DNA of 62,638 nucleotides, filler included, from Nemertoderma westbladi (GCA_032718475.1; 3 parts of 3 records of this genome joined end to end with filler, not necessarily neighbours in it), one strand, 5' to 3'. Numbered from the whole stretch's first letter, positions 48,985 to 61,289 are shown. Notes: generated by a model from the sequence alone, not told the origin. Program-made: numbers and translations.

Positions 48985-49830
48985 CCCATGTAATGGTCCC
49001 CCTGCTGTAGTTCGCGTAGACCCTGCTACAGGATTCCATTCCCTTGTAAAAGATACCAAACTTTCGCAATATAATATCACACTGGAACTTGGTGATGCCA
49101 AAATTCCTAACAAAAACCCTATCGCCAAACCTGCTATTCAGGAGGTCATAGGAGAGATGTTGAAAGTAAACCCTTCAGGTGGTCCCATCTCCCCAACATT
49201 CCTAGCTATTGTCATTGCCAATGTAAATTCCAGAATTCGGCATCAAGGTCTCTCATCACGCGAAATTCTCTTTCAAAGAGACCAATTTAATTCCAGTGCT
49301 ATCCCTGTTGATGATGAATCCATCGTCCATAACCAACATGCTTCTCGCCAGTTAAACCATCCATCCAGTGTTGGTTCAAAGAGCCATGGTTCCAGGTCCA
49401 ACCCCACATCAACAATTTGTGTTGGCGATATTGTTTACGTATACTATACGCAGATGGATCTAAGTTACACAGCCGACCTCGTTATATCGTTTGTTCAATC
49501 AATGGGAAATGGTGTTTTCTAAGAAAATTTACTAGGAACCAGTTCCGAGAACGTTCGTATCGCGTTTTAACTTCTGAATGCTACAAGGTTCCTGGTGGAC
49601 ACTGTTCTCATGATCATATACCTACCAAACCCACTGATGTCTTTGACTCTTCTGATGATGGTTCCTACTCATTTATTGGTCCTGGCATGGATGGCGATCC
49701 TACAAATCTCACCAATGTTGAACCTCAACAGACAGCTGAAGCGGATCCCCCACTCCGGCGCTCCAAACGTCGACACCTACCGCCAGCCTACTTGAGGGAA
49801 TATGTATGCGACTTTGACTCTGATGATTAG
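48985..49830 (+). mobile_element. Gypsy-like integrase C-terminal fragment, frameshifted
   Basis: VRVDPATGF...NKNPIA...NSRIRHQGLSSREILFQRDQF, VGDIVYV, and terminal RRSKRRHLPPAYLREYV. Confidence 0.7.
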
Positions 49831-50387
49831 CTTATCACTCTCATGTTCTGAAGCATCCAGTATCAAATAGAACAATACGTATTATACAATTATAAGTATT
49901 ATTGAACGATTAGTAGATAATTTTATGCATATAAATAATCGTGCTAACTGTAGCATGTATAAACATGTAATAATCCAAGCTTTGTAGTTCTTAGTCTAAC
50001 CATATTATAGATTTACGAACTAAAACCTAAGAACAGGAAAAAACTCGTTGCGCCATGGGCCTTTGGCCTCATGTTTGTTTATGTATTACTACATGTAGGA
50101 TAGTTTTGGCATGGCCATATCTGGCCTCACGGTTTGGTTTTTCATCTTACCAGTACGTCTGTCAGTTGACGCTTGAGCAACACTACTGCTGTATTGCATT
50201 ACCAATATACCTTCAGGCCTTACTGCCTTACCTGTTGTGTTTTCACCTATTGCATATTGGAGTATTATTGGCGGAAATTAAAAATATCCATTGGTTTAGC
50301 CAGAGCATATTAAGGCATGAATAAGGCGGGGGGGGATTGGATGATCTAAAGCATGATACGAAATGTGTTGGGTACTTCTTAAATCAC

Positions 50388-50700
50388 AATATAGCCTAAC
50401 AAAATCCAACTCCCAAAACTCCGGCTGCGTCGTCCAGTGCAAGCAAACGACACGACCATCTCCCGTCCCTGAGGCACAAACCTACTGCCCGCAATAGAGC
50501 TATTGACAAACGAGCCCTGATCCACCCAAGAACGAATCCCAGGACGTTTATCGCTCCGCCCTTCTGTATGTGACGCTAGATGATGGATAAAGTGGCTCCC
50601 TTCGCGGCCCCAGACACAATCAGCAGTAACAGCAAGGGGGGCAAATATTAATCGCAGTTGCTCGCTAATTTGGGAATGGGTGTCGAGGCTTTTACAGGCC
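50388..50700 (-). mobile_element. Decayed RLE-domain C-terminus of a CRE-like non-LTR element
   Basis: FAPLAVTADCVWGREGSHFIHHLA...IRSWV resembles the F.P.v.s.dG..G.ea..f...la motif. Confidence 0.5.
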
Positions 50701-51774
50701 GGCTGGCAATTCAATAACAATTATGTCCAGACTTTAACCTAAGATCTGTTACAGTGGATTCGCTTATATAGTTCTTATGAGTGTTATCAAGGCCTCGGGG
50801 TACCTGTCACCTTAACAGGAACAGTCACGCAAGTCGTGTATATATATGTATTATTTAATACGTATATATCTGGTCAGTATGTACAGTACAATTAAATACT
50901 TGAATGTGTGTGCCTCGGCACTAGAAACTGCTTCAAAGGGAAAGGGTGGTGTATACGTGTAAACCGTTCTGTTATGTGGGGCGAGCCACGAAGTGAGTGA
51001 GCCTTAGCGTAGGGGTACCATTAATCAACCTGTCGTTCTGTCGCGTTTTTTTTCAGTATTTTATTTTAAACGTTAATAACTCGGCCAATCCTTGATGAAA
51101 TCTATCCAAACTTGGTACATATGTTGTTTGGCAAAAGTTTGAAAATTTTCCAAGTAGAATTTGCGTGGGGTCTTCGTGCAGCATCAGTGTAACTGTTATT
51201 GCAGTTATAATAAATTTATTTATCCAAATTTAAAATGCGTTAAATTATTATTACTGTAGGATAAATCAGCTGGTTTTCTGACAAATTTTGCAATACATTG
51301 GGGTTGTCTGCATGTACCATGTGTACCGGTACTGTCAGGCTGTACTCAATCCCTGAATCGAGAATCCTGCAATCAGTCAATACTGGTCAGCCGGTACCAT
51401 ACACTGCCATATCATGTAATCTAATTAACCCCGGCAACCCTTGCGGTGATTAAAGTTTAGGCCTAATTAGCCCAGTACCGGCACCGGTAATAATAATATA
51501 ATAGTTTAGATAGTTACCGCTAATCATTCAGTCATTGCTGCATTGGCACGGTACACCGTATTGCTGTACTGCCGTTGTAGTGCGCACCGTAGGTACCACC
51601 CATGGCCTACTACACACAAGCCATGGCAAGGACTTTGCTGTGAAATTAGCGTAGGCTGACTGTGCTGATTTATCAGATTATGGTACTGTGGTACAAGCTA
51701 TATACTGTTAGGTATTGGGGTTAGGAATAATCCATTTGTTTTAGCATTTAATCCCCTTATTTATTATATAATCA

Positions 51775-52392
51775 TTGGAAATATTCGCAAATGCCGCTCC
51801 ATTACTGTCTGAAACGCTCCCGACAGTCCGATGTATCTGGACCCGAGCAGCCGAGTTGCTTCAAGAGGTGATTAACGGGGGAATACTACGCAGTGCTACG
51901 GAATTGCTTGTTTGTCAGTACGATTCTATTTGGGTATTTACTACACTCAGACACTGGGAATACGGCGGTCGGTCAGATCGTAATGCGGGCCACTGCCAAG
52001 TTCCTCATGCCTCACTCCGGTCACCCACCTTGGAGTGCGGTGGTAAGAGTCCCACTTACTGACTTACGTCGACGACTGGACGAATCGACGAGGATTGCGA
52101 TCTGGGTTTAGCGGCGGCCCGGATCCTGGTATCGCCTGGGGGAAATGGTTGAACGTCGGGCATACTTGTATCGCACTGGATTACGTTCTCTGCAACGTGA
52201 AAGTGTGAAGCGAATTTGTTGTCGAATTGGGTCGAAAGCTGCGGGAATTCTACTGTTCTACGGGAGTAAACCGCAGCGCTCCGGTGACTATGGACGGATA
52301 CTACTGGGATAAGCAGGTATTTCGATCGAGTTTCTCGTATTCTCGATGCTCGACAGCTCGAGGCGGATAGAGAGTTGGTTGTGTTGGGCGGT
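51775..52392 (+). pseudogene. ALDH3: Captured ALDH3-family fragment including the catalytic Cys motif
   Basis: EIFANAAPLLSETLP..YLDP..VINGG..ATELL..YD, TGNTAVGQIVMRATAKFL, TLECGGKSPTY, EDCDL, IAWGKWLNVGHTCIALDYVLC, LREFY, VVLGG; many indels; nucleotide-alignable with 7220-7510 and 11040-11100. Confidence 0.9.
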
Positions 52393-52535
52393 GTTGTTCA
52401 ATTCTATCAAACGTATTAAATAATTGGTAAAATAATAAAAACACACCAGATAAAGATACTGAGCTTATGGTAAAGAGATAGGCCGAACTTACAATTTCCA
52501 ACAATATAACAAATATATTTTTGGTATTTGATTTC

Positions 52536-52796
52536 AAGATAGGGGGGGGGGGGGGGGGGGGACTGGACGCAATAAAAATTAATCGCTCTCCAGGGGAAAT
52601 TGGACGCAAATAACAACAGCTGATTACTCTCAAAAATAAAACTGTAACCTGTTTTATTGTGTTTACTTTATTGTTTTGGTTAAAATAACGTGCCACTGTA
52701 ACCTGTTACTTTCCCAAAATTGAGAAATTAATATTGAGGCGGGATATTAATTCACCAAGATGGGATTTGCGTCCAGTCCCACCCCCCTCCTGTCTC
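52536..52796. mobile_element. MITE, copy 2 of the 36528-36770 family
   Basis: Full-length alignment to 36528-36770; TSD TTGATTTC / TTGATTTT. Confidence 0.85.
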
Positions 52797-53659
52797 TTGA
52801 TTTTACTAAAAAATAGAATACATTGCATTTTACTGTTATAATTACTGTATTGAATAAAATAATTAATTTATTGTTTATTAAACCGTGCTAAGCACGTTGA
52901 ACTGGAGCTCTAACAATTCCCCACTAGCGGCAGACAGGAACTGTAAAAGTCTCTGTAGAATTTCTAATTAAGCAATGCTCTTAGGTAACTACTACTAAAT
53001 TTCAGATGAATCTGATCGTTGGTTCTATAATTACAGCTATTTTTACGTTTCTGTTAATTCGCCCCCTAGCGGCAGACAGGGGAACTGTAGAAGTCTGTCT
53101 GTGTGTAGAATTTCAAACTTTTTTATAGACTACATGTGTACCAAGTTTGGTTCCATTTCATCCTTGATTGACTGACTTATAAGCGTTCAAACATTCCTGC
53201 CACAAACATAGCCAGAGGCAGCCACAAACAAATAAAAGCTGCAGGAACTCTAGCGATAATTAATTAATTAATTATTAAATACTGTTTCAATTAAATTACT
53301 TACGAAAATCTAGTCATCTTCTTTTAAATATGGACCCTGCATTCGTGGAAAATATAATATTTGATAATTCAGCAGTCAGCCTACGCTAATTTCACAGCAA
53401 AGTCCTTGTCATAGTAGTAGGCCATGGTACCACCCTACTACCGGTACCGGCTGACCGGTGGCAACTAGCACTTCAGCACTTGCACAGCAACAGCACTACC
53501 GGCGATACACAGGTTGGAATTTATGTAGAGTTTGCTCAACAGTACAGATATAAAATAGTTATCTAAATTATATATATTACTATTGACAAGTATTGAAATA
53601 TATATCGTTATTCGTGTTATCAGTATTTGCAACATCTGACATTGAAGAGGTGAGAGAAG

Positions 53660-54000
53660 ATGAATACCGGCACTCAACAAAACCAACGCTTATCACAGGT
53701 CGGTATGGTTACCTCGAAACCGGCGCGACTGTCCACTCGAATACAACTTCAAAACACAAATGCCAACAATAAACTGAAAGCGAATCGAACGTCTTCAGAA
53801 GAATCTGTCATTGGGACAAAGAAAAGGAAGCCGAAACCACGGGAATGGACCACAGCTAAGATTGAATGCTCCCATTGTCAGAGTTCCTGGACCGAAATTG
53901 AAACACCAATTGCCGATGGGCTTGATCTCTCAAACCAAAACTTCCTCTGCGGGGTTTGCGCGGCAGTAAAGATTGAAAGTCTGGAAGCTGGCATCCCTAG
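53660..54000 (+). pseudogene. Cys-rich (PHD-like) fragment, probably a LINE ORF1 N-terminus, carried inside HINE B2
   Basis: IECSHCQSSW...FLCGVC spacing; absent from the B1 copy. Confidence 0.4.
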
Positions 54001-54529
54001 GTATTATTATTATAAAGAGCGTCAGCCTGCGTTTAATAAATATATTTTAATACAAAACAGGTCGAACGCAAAGAGGCTTATAATGAAGACGAGTACTGCA
54101 TTGATTATATTCCTATAAACCACCTGGCTTTGCATATTGAACGTGCGTTTGGAAATAAGTTCGTGATACCCTTCCGTGGGTGGTAGATGTCGCGGTTATG
54201 TATTGGTGGGTGGGGGGAGGGGGGGGGGGGTGCAGATTAAAAGGGGTGAACACGTACTGTCCCCCTTTCTTTGATTAATTGGTGGTGTGGGTTAATCTCT
54301 CATAACCTGATTTTGTGATACAGTCGCACAATTTTAATTTGTATCTCATAACTGGGCCTCGTGCTGCGCGAAGGCCCCACGAACGTGTAAGTATAGAGTG
54401 ATGGAATGCATTTTAACTTAATTACGTTTAAATCAATTAAAAACACATTTCTTAAAGCAAATCTCTTGAACTAACTAAAAACTATAATGGAATGGGGTAT
54501 GGGGAATACAGTTATATAATTTTGAATTA

Positions 54530-54648
54530 ATTTAACATTTGGCTGAGTTATTAACGTTTAAAATTGGACACAACAGACACACCGATTGAGTTAGTGGTAC
54601 CTGTATGCCAGTATGCTAAGCTCGCTTACTTTCGTCGCTCGCCCCACA
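54530..54648 (-). mobile_element. Diverged HINE-like 5' fragment
   Basis: Reverse complement TGTGGGGCGAGCGACGAAAGTAAGCGAGCTTAGCATA...TTTTAAACGTTAATAACTCAGCCAA. Confidence 0.65.
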
Positions 54649-54695
54649 AATATACAACTGAACTGCTGAACACTGGAACAGGGGGATGACGTCTA

Positions 54696-54869
<174 letters not shown>

Positions 54870-55316
54870 TCAATAGTAGTTCATGAATCAACTCTTATAT
54901 CTCTGTATCTTGTTCTTGGCAGCTAGGCCCCAGGCCTGTTATATCATAAACTGATAACCAGATAACAACAGCATAGGCGTATTGTATTTAATGTACATAC
55001 CAGTTGGCATTGAACGGATTGCATTGAGATTGTGAATTTTATTTTCAGTATAAATGAGTGCCGTTCAGCCATTTTATTTCTTCAGCCTGTCAGCGCTCAG
55101 CGGTCTTCGGTCAGTGAGTTGAGCATTACATTACGTTACCATTATTAAGGGAAGCTCTATCTGCTGATCTGTCTATTGTATTGTATACGCTCACCAGTCA
55201 CAGGGATACCCTGATACCACAGCCGTCGAGTCAGCGTCAGGTCAGACATCCTCTCACGCTCACCTTACTTAAATTTACTACAGTATGTGTCGTGTCTCCT
55301 TGTCGTCTGTATCACT

Positions 55317-55588
55317 AATGAACTGCACACGTCCCATGTTAAATAAATACAATGAACTGCACACGTCCCATGTTAAATAAATACAATGAACTGCACACGT
55401 CCCATGTTAAATAAATACAATGAACTGCACACGTCCCATGTTAAATAAATACAATGAACTGCACACGTCCCATGTTAAATAAATACAATGAACTGCACAC
55501 GTCCCATGTTAAATAAATACAATGAACTGCACACGTCCCATGTTAAATAAATACAATGAACTGCACACGTCCCATGTTAAATAAATAC
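55317..55588. repeat. Perfect 34-bp tandem repeat, 8 copies
   Basis: AATGAACTGCACACGTCCCATGTTAAATAAATAC, no spacers and no variants. Confidence 0.97.
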
Positions 55589-56789
55589 ATGTTCTGGAAG
55601 GAATATTTACGAGATTAGCTGCCGCTCCCACTGCTGCACTGTCCCATTGACTACTAAAGGCAGTAAGGGCAGAAGGGCCTTCCTACTTTGTTTCATTTCA
55701 TTATTAAATTGAATTATTTAATTAAATACATATATTTTCTGGATGAATATTTATGACATGGGCTGGATGATAAAACGGATAAATAACGGTAGTTTATAGC
55801 ATTGTTGTTCCAAAGCCCTAGGTCAGTAGGTGATAGATATACTGGCCATTCCGAAAGAGGCGACTATTACAGTATTAGGACTGTTTGTGTTTATACAGTA
55901 TATTGAAAGAGAGTGGAAGACAGGAAGAAACTAGTAACAGAAGGCAATAATTCGTAATTCGGTGAAGATGTTGAGTTGATGTATGTTGAGTAGGCCTATC
56001 CACCCTATTGAAAAGTTTTACATGTACGCCGAGCACGTTCGGCGCAGCACTAGAACTTGCGCCGGGAGCTGGCGCAGAAATGTGCTACGCCGGGCAATGA
56101 GCCGGAAGGGTCGGCGCAGAGATGTGCTACGCCGGCGTGGCCGGCGGAGCACTGCCAATGGTAGAGATGCTGCGCTCGGCGCAGCAGGCGTCGAAATATT
56201 CCCGGCGTCGACGCTGCAGAAATTGACCCGGCGCCGGAGCAGGAATCAGCCCAGCACACCCGGCGTACATATTTGCCTGGCGCAGAAATCAGCCGAACCT
56301 AGCACCAGGCAGACAGTGAGACTGAGACAGCAGACACTCACAGCCACAGCACAGCAACACAATAACAACTGGCCATGCATGAGGCAGAAAGGAAACTCAC
56401 ACGGCAGCACTGGCTGACTGCAACTGGTCATTTATTTACGTATTTAACCTTATGCTGTTATGCAGTAGGCAGGCAGGCAGGTAGGCTATCACAGTTCCAG
56501 CTATCAGCTGATCAGTCATTATTGCTATTGGTCATAGTCAGTTTATATATTTACTTAATATTGCTGTATAGTATAAGCTATATTTATATTATATTATATT
56601 ATTTGGATGGAGACACCGCTGTCATAGAAGCGTATAAATAAAACTGCACATATAATAAAACAGGCAGACAGAATAAGTTGAACAGTGAATAAAACAAAAC
56701 GACTTATACTATGGCAATGGCACTATTGATAATGAAACAATTTATTACCGACACACATGTGTAAGTGTAACCATTGGAAATTGCAGTTC

Positions 56790-57500
56790 AATGACCCCAA
56801 GTGCAAGGTCATGCAAGCATCTAGGTTCTAGAAATCCCCAAGCAACGTTTTACACAATGAATGGCTGAATGGACGGACACTTTTATCGGCAACCGAGGAA
56901 CGTGATTTTGGAAGTACATTTACACCAGACTTGTCCTTCACAGCATCACAGCTCACTGCACAAAGACTGCAGCCCGCGCCATGCGAGTCGTACATTTAAT
57001 ACGAAGAACTTTTACATATTTGGAAGCTCCGATGTTTACCCTCTGACCCTGTTATACAAATCCCTTGTCGGCCTCTCCTTGAATACGACACAGTTGTTTG
57101 TTCGCCATTCCTCCGACATGATAAATATTGAACGTCTTAAACAAGTACAACAACGTGTGGTCACTCGCCTTGTACAGTTGTACTATCGCTGGCTGAGTTG
57201 TCATATGAAAACCGACTACTTGCACTCAAACTACCGACACTAATATATCGCCGTGTACTAGCCGACCTTATAACAACATACAAGTTTATCAACGGGATTG
57301 ACAAAATTGAGCGAAGTAATTTCTTCCAGTTTCGTTCCTAACTCCACCAATGCTAACACGCAACAACTTTGCAGACAGCGTTGTAAACATTTTGAATCCT
57401 TTATCATTACTGGAAAGTGTTGTTAATTAATGCACGTAATACCCTTGGTACTCCATGATTGAGCATATTCAAAAATAGACTAGACTGCGAAATGTCCCTT
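56790..57500 (+). mobile_element. CR1-like LINE 3' fragment, strongly decayed
   Basis: FNDPKCKVM, LTLLYKSLV, IERLKQVQQR, RRVLADLITTYKFING across frames. Confidence 0.75.
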
Positions 57501-58689
57501 AAAATGAATATATTGTGATACTCCTGTGCGCCAAGTGGCACGTGGCAGTAGCGAAAGCGATATCTTTCGGATACAACGATATCTTTATTAAAATCTAGCT
57601 ACAGTACCTATTATTTTCATTTTTTCAATCCCAAAAAAACATTTTTTTGTGTTAAATTTTAAAATAGTGTTTTTTTATGTTTAATTGTTTTCCTATCTTT
57701 TGTAGTTACTTTACTTTGCGCGTTTTATTTCAGCAGTAATATTTTACTTATGCGACATACGGTACTACCTGCGGTACCAAATTTATGTTCCGTATAACTA
57801 CGTATTGTTGTGTTGTATCCTATAGAGTATTGTAAACTTGTCCTTATTAATATCTTTGCCTTTAGTACTGTATGTTGTTGAAGCCCTTGAACCTACTGTA
57901 AGTATGCTTTGCCGGTTTTTAATTTAATTTTACTGTAATTTCATTTTTTTTTAATAATTAATATGCAGCAACTGTACTGTAAGTACTGTAAATAAACTAT
58001 AATTTTAAATATTTTACTAATTTTACCTGAATACCATTATCCGTATTTTTCTTACAATAGTACATAGCGCTTATTAGCGTACTTTGCCAGATATGTGTTC
58101 ATTTTATTTTAATCTACTGTACGTGTACGTACATGTGCAAAAATTAATATTTTATTGTTATTCTGGCGATATTAATAACATAACAATAACATACAGCTAG
58201 TCATTATTCATTCAGACATACCGTATCTGTAGCATAGACGTATAGGACCACATTACGTAGTATGTAGTAAAGTAGAACGTAGTACATAAATACAAGGACT
58301 ATTAATTGTAGGCCAACTGAAGTAGTCTTTAATATTCTTTCTATAATTCATATTGTAACATTTGAGTAATTTCAAAAAATGTACACTTTACTTGACAACA
58401 AAAATTTACATGCAGTGTTTCTTAAGTAGTTGTTTCGTAATGTTACACTTTTGGAATAAAACAACGTACCTACTGTACTTGTTGCATTTGTCTTTATTAA
58501 GGTTTTCCGTCTCTGTATCCTTATTTTCATTTCACCCACCCACAACTTTCGTTCGTTTAAGTAAACTCGGATTGATTAGTGCAGCTGCAGTATTATAGAT
58601 AACCGAATAAACTACAGGTACTGTACAGTATACATGGTATAACAGGCAGATTGTATGTTTTATTTTCCACCCGGCGCAGCATTTTGCAT

Positions 58690-58900
58690 TGCACAGAGCC
58701 GGCGCAGGATTTTTGCACCTGGCATGGGCGTTGGTTTGCACAGAGCCGGCGCAGGATTTTTTGCACCCGGCGTGGTTTTGCACAGAGCCGGCGCAGGATT
58801 TTTTGCACCCGGCGTGGTTTTGCACAGAGCCGGCGCAGGATTTTTTGCACCCGGCGTGGTTTTGCTCAGAGCCGGCGCAGGATTTTTGGCACCCGGCGCC
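58690..58900. repeat. 42-bp subterminal tandem repeat
   Basis: TGCACAGAGCCGGCGCAGGATTTTTTGCACCCGGCGTGGTTT, about 5 copies. Confidence 0.9.
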
Positions 58901-58959
58901 GCGTTCGGCGCAGAAAATAAAACTTTTCAATAGGGCCTATCCATATACAATCTATCGTT

Positions 58960-59075
58960 GGGGGTCCGTCTAAAAGCCACATAGGACCCAATCGGTACCA
59001 CATCGGACCAAATCGGACCACATCGGGGCCACATCGGACCACATCGGGGCCACATCGGAGCCACATCGGCCACAA
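58960..59075 (+). repeat. 10-11-bp CACATCGGAC/GGC tandem array, probable transposon terminus
   Basis: GGGGTCCGTCTAAAAG followed by about 9 short units; partner end not found. Confidence 0.5.
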
Positions 59076-59310
59076 ATTAGCAATTTAGGATGTAAATAAC
59101 AAGTTCCAGCACCAACTGACCAAACTCGTATCAGTAATTCAGTAATTGTTAGTCTTTCTGACAACAGGTCAGGCTGGTAACCGGTACTGCACTGCAGTAG
59201 GTACTAGATACTAGAATATCTAATGCAGAGACTATTGCCCCTACTTATACAGCAGTACAGTACTGTACTCGTCTGCAGGTATACACAATGAGCTTGGCAG
59301 TTATTGTATT

Positions 59311-61248
59311 TGTGGGGCGAGCCACGAAGTTGGCGGAGCCTTAGCGAATTGACACTGTTAGGGGGTGGGTCAATTTATGCAAATAGTTGTCGTCGTCGTC
59401 GTCGTCGTCGTTGTCGTCGTCGTCGTTGTCGTCGTCGTCGTCGTCGTTACGATTTTGACATGCTAATAACTTTGTCGGATTTAAAGCTGCCAAGTTGAAA
59501 ATTTGTAGGTATCAATATGAGCAAAAGTTGAGATTTTTGAGAGACTTTCAGACACCATCAGTGCAATGGTCTCCCGCTAGAGGGCCACATGTCTAAACAT
59601 TAAATGCCCTCCCATTTCTTTGCTTTTAATCCGTTTAAGCTGAAACTTGGCAGATATGTATTAGACCATTAGCTGTGACTTTCAAAGGAGGCGAATCCAT
59701 CTGCAGTTCTCCAGTCTGCCGCTAGAGGGCCAAAGGTCTGAAAGTGAAATCGTTGTCGTCGTTACGATTTTGACATGCTAATAACTTTGTCGGATTTAAA
59801 GCTGCCAAGTTGAAAATTTGTAGGTATCAATATGAGCAAAAGTTGAGATTTTTGAGAGACTTTCAGACACCATCAGTGCAATGGTCTCCCGCTAGAGGGC
59901 CACATGTCTAAACATTAAATGCCCTCCCATTTCTTTGCTTTTAATCCGTTTAAGCTGAAACTTGGCAGATATGTATTAGACCATTAGCTGTGACTTTCAA
60001 AGGAGGCGAATCCATCTGCAGTTCTCCAGTCTGCCGCTAGAGGGCCAAAGGTCTGAAAGTGAAATCGTTGTCGTCGTTACGATTTTGACATGCTAATAAC
60101 TTTGTCGGATTTAAAGCTGCCAAGTTGAAAATTTGTAGGTATCAATATGAGCTAAAGTTGAGATTTTTGAGAGACTTTCAGACACCATCAGTGCAATGGT
60201 CTCCCGCTAGAGGGCCACATGTCTAAACATTAAATGCCCTCCCATTTCTTTGCTTTTAATCCGTTTAAGCTGAAACTTGGCAGATATGTATTAGACCATT
60301 AGCTGTGACTTTCAAAGGAGGCGAATCCATCTGCAGTTCTCCAGTCTGCCGCTAGAGGGCCAAAGGTCTGAAAGTGAAATCGTTGTCGTCGTTACGATTT
60401 TGACATGCTAATAACTTTGTCGGATTTAAAGCTGCCAAGTTGAAAATTTGTAGGTATCAATATGAGCTAAAGTTGAGATTTTTGAGAGACTTTCAGACAC
60501 CATCAGTGCAATGGTCTCCCGCTAGAGGGCCACATGTCTAAACATTAAATGCCCTCCCATTTCTTTGCTTTTAATCCGTTTAAGCTGAAACTTGGCAGAT
60601 ATGTATTAGACCATTAGCTGTGACTTTCAAAGGAGGCGAATCCATCTGCAGTTCTCCAGTCTGCCGCTAGAGGGCCAAATGTCTGAAAGTGAAATCGTTG
60701 TCGTCGTTATGATATTGACATGCTTATAACTTTGTCGAATTTAAAGCTGCCAAGTTGAAAATTTGTTTTGTTGAAAATCAGTTCAACAGTCACCCGCTAT
60801 AGGACTACTTTATGCCTGAAAGTGAATAGATTCTCCCGTCTCATTGATTTTAATCAGTTTAAGCTGAATCTTGCCATATATTCTGGACCACATGCTGCGT
60901 CTTTGTGGGGGGGGGGGGGGGGGGGGAGATTTAATCGGTCTGCCGCTATACGACGAAATTTCTGAAAGTGAGATCCGTCTCTCATTTCGTTATCCGTTAT
61001 TCAAGATGAAACTTGGCCGATGTACGTATGTACTATTCATCCATAGGCTGTGTCTTTGTGGGGCTGGAGACCCTAATCCATCTTCAGTTCTCACTATACC
61101 GCTAGAGTCAGAAATGTCTGAATAGAAATGAAAGAGGTAAAAAGTGATTAGGCGAAATCTGCTTAAAATTTGCTAATACAGTAATACTTTCGAATTAGTA
61201 CTTAAATTAAATTTAAGTCACGTGCTGCGCGAAGGCCCCACTTCGTGT
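59311..61248 (+). mobile_element. HINE-like element, family A, copy 2, with a 315-bp higher-order tandem repeat
   Basis: Ends as in 2709-3981; repeat junctions at 59751, 60066, 60381 and 60696 (period 315). Confidence 0.75.
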
Positions 61249-61289
61249 TAATATTATACAAGCTCGCGAGGGTTCATTGAATTGAATTG

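Larger units (their letters stand above)
51601..53426. mobile_element. hAT-like Pack-TIR element carrying an ALDH3 fragment
   Basis: About 70-80-bp TIRs CATGGCCTACTAC...AAGGACTTTGCTGTGAAATTAGCGTAGGCTGACTG; perfect 8-bp TSD GTACCACC at 51593-51600 and 53427-53434. Confidence 0.8.
50975..54389 (+). mobile_element. HINE-like element, family B, copy 2, with nested insertions
   Basis: Same 5' and 3' terminal blocks as 7819-9877 (reverse complement); internal IR GTGGGGTCTTCGTGCAGCA (about 51165) to the 3' end. Confidence 0.7.
56003..58935. mobile_element. Non-autonomous TIR element with CCC/GGG termini and 8-bp TSD (superfamily undetermined)
   Basis: 18-bp TIR CCCTATTGAAAAGTTTTA; perfect TSD CCTATCCA at 55995-56002 and 58936-58943; CGGCGCAG-rich subterminal blocks at both ends. 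Confidence 0.85.

Noticed and set aside
51775-52392. Functional ALDH3 gene
   Set aside because: Multiple frameshifts and stops, both protein ends missing, and enclosed by TIRs and a TSD.
55317-55588. CRISPR array
   Set aside because: Repeats are contiguous with no spacers, there are no cas genes, and the context is eukaryotic.
58532-58973. Cys-rich repeat ORFs (AGCKKSCAGSVQNH)
   Set aside because: Six-frame translations of a 42-bp subterminal repeat of a TIR element.
59440-60770. CRISPR-like or coding repeat
   Set aside because: Whole 315-bp units are near-identical, so there are no unique spacers, and there is no sustained ORF.
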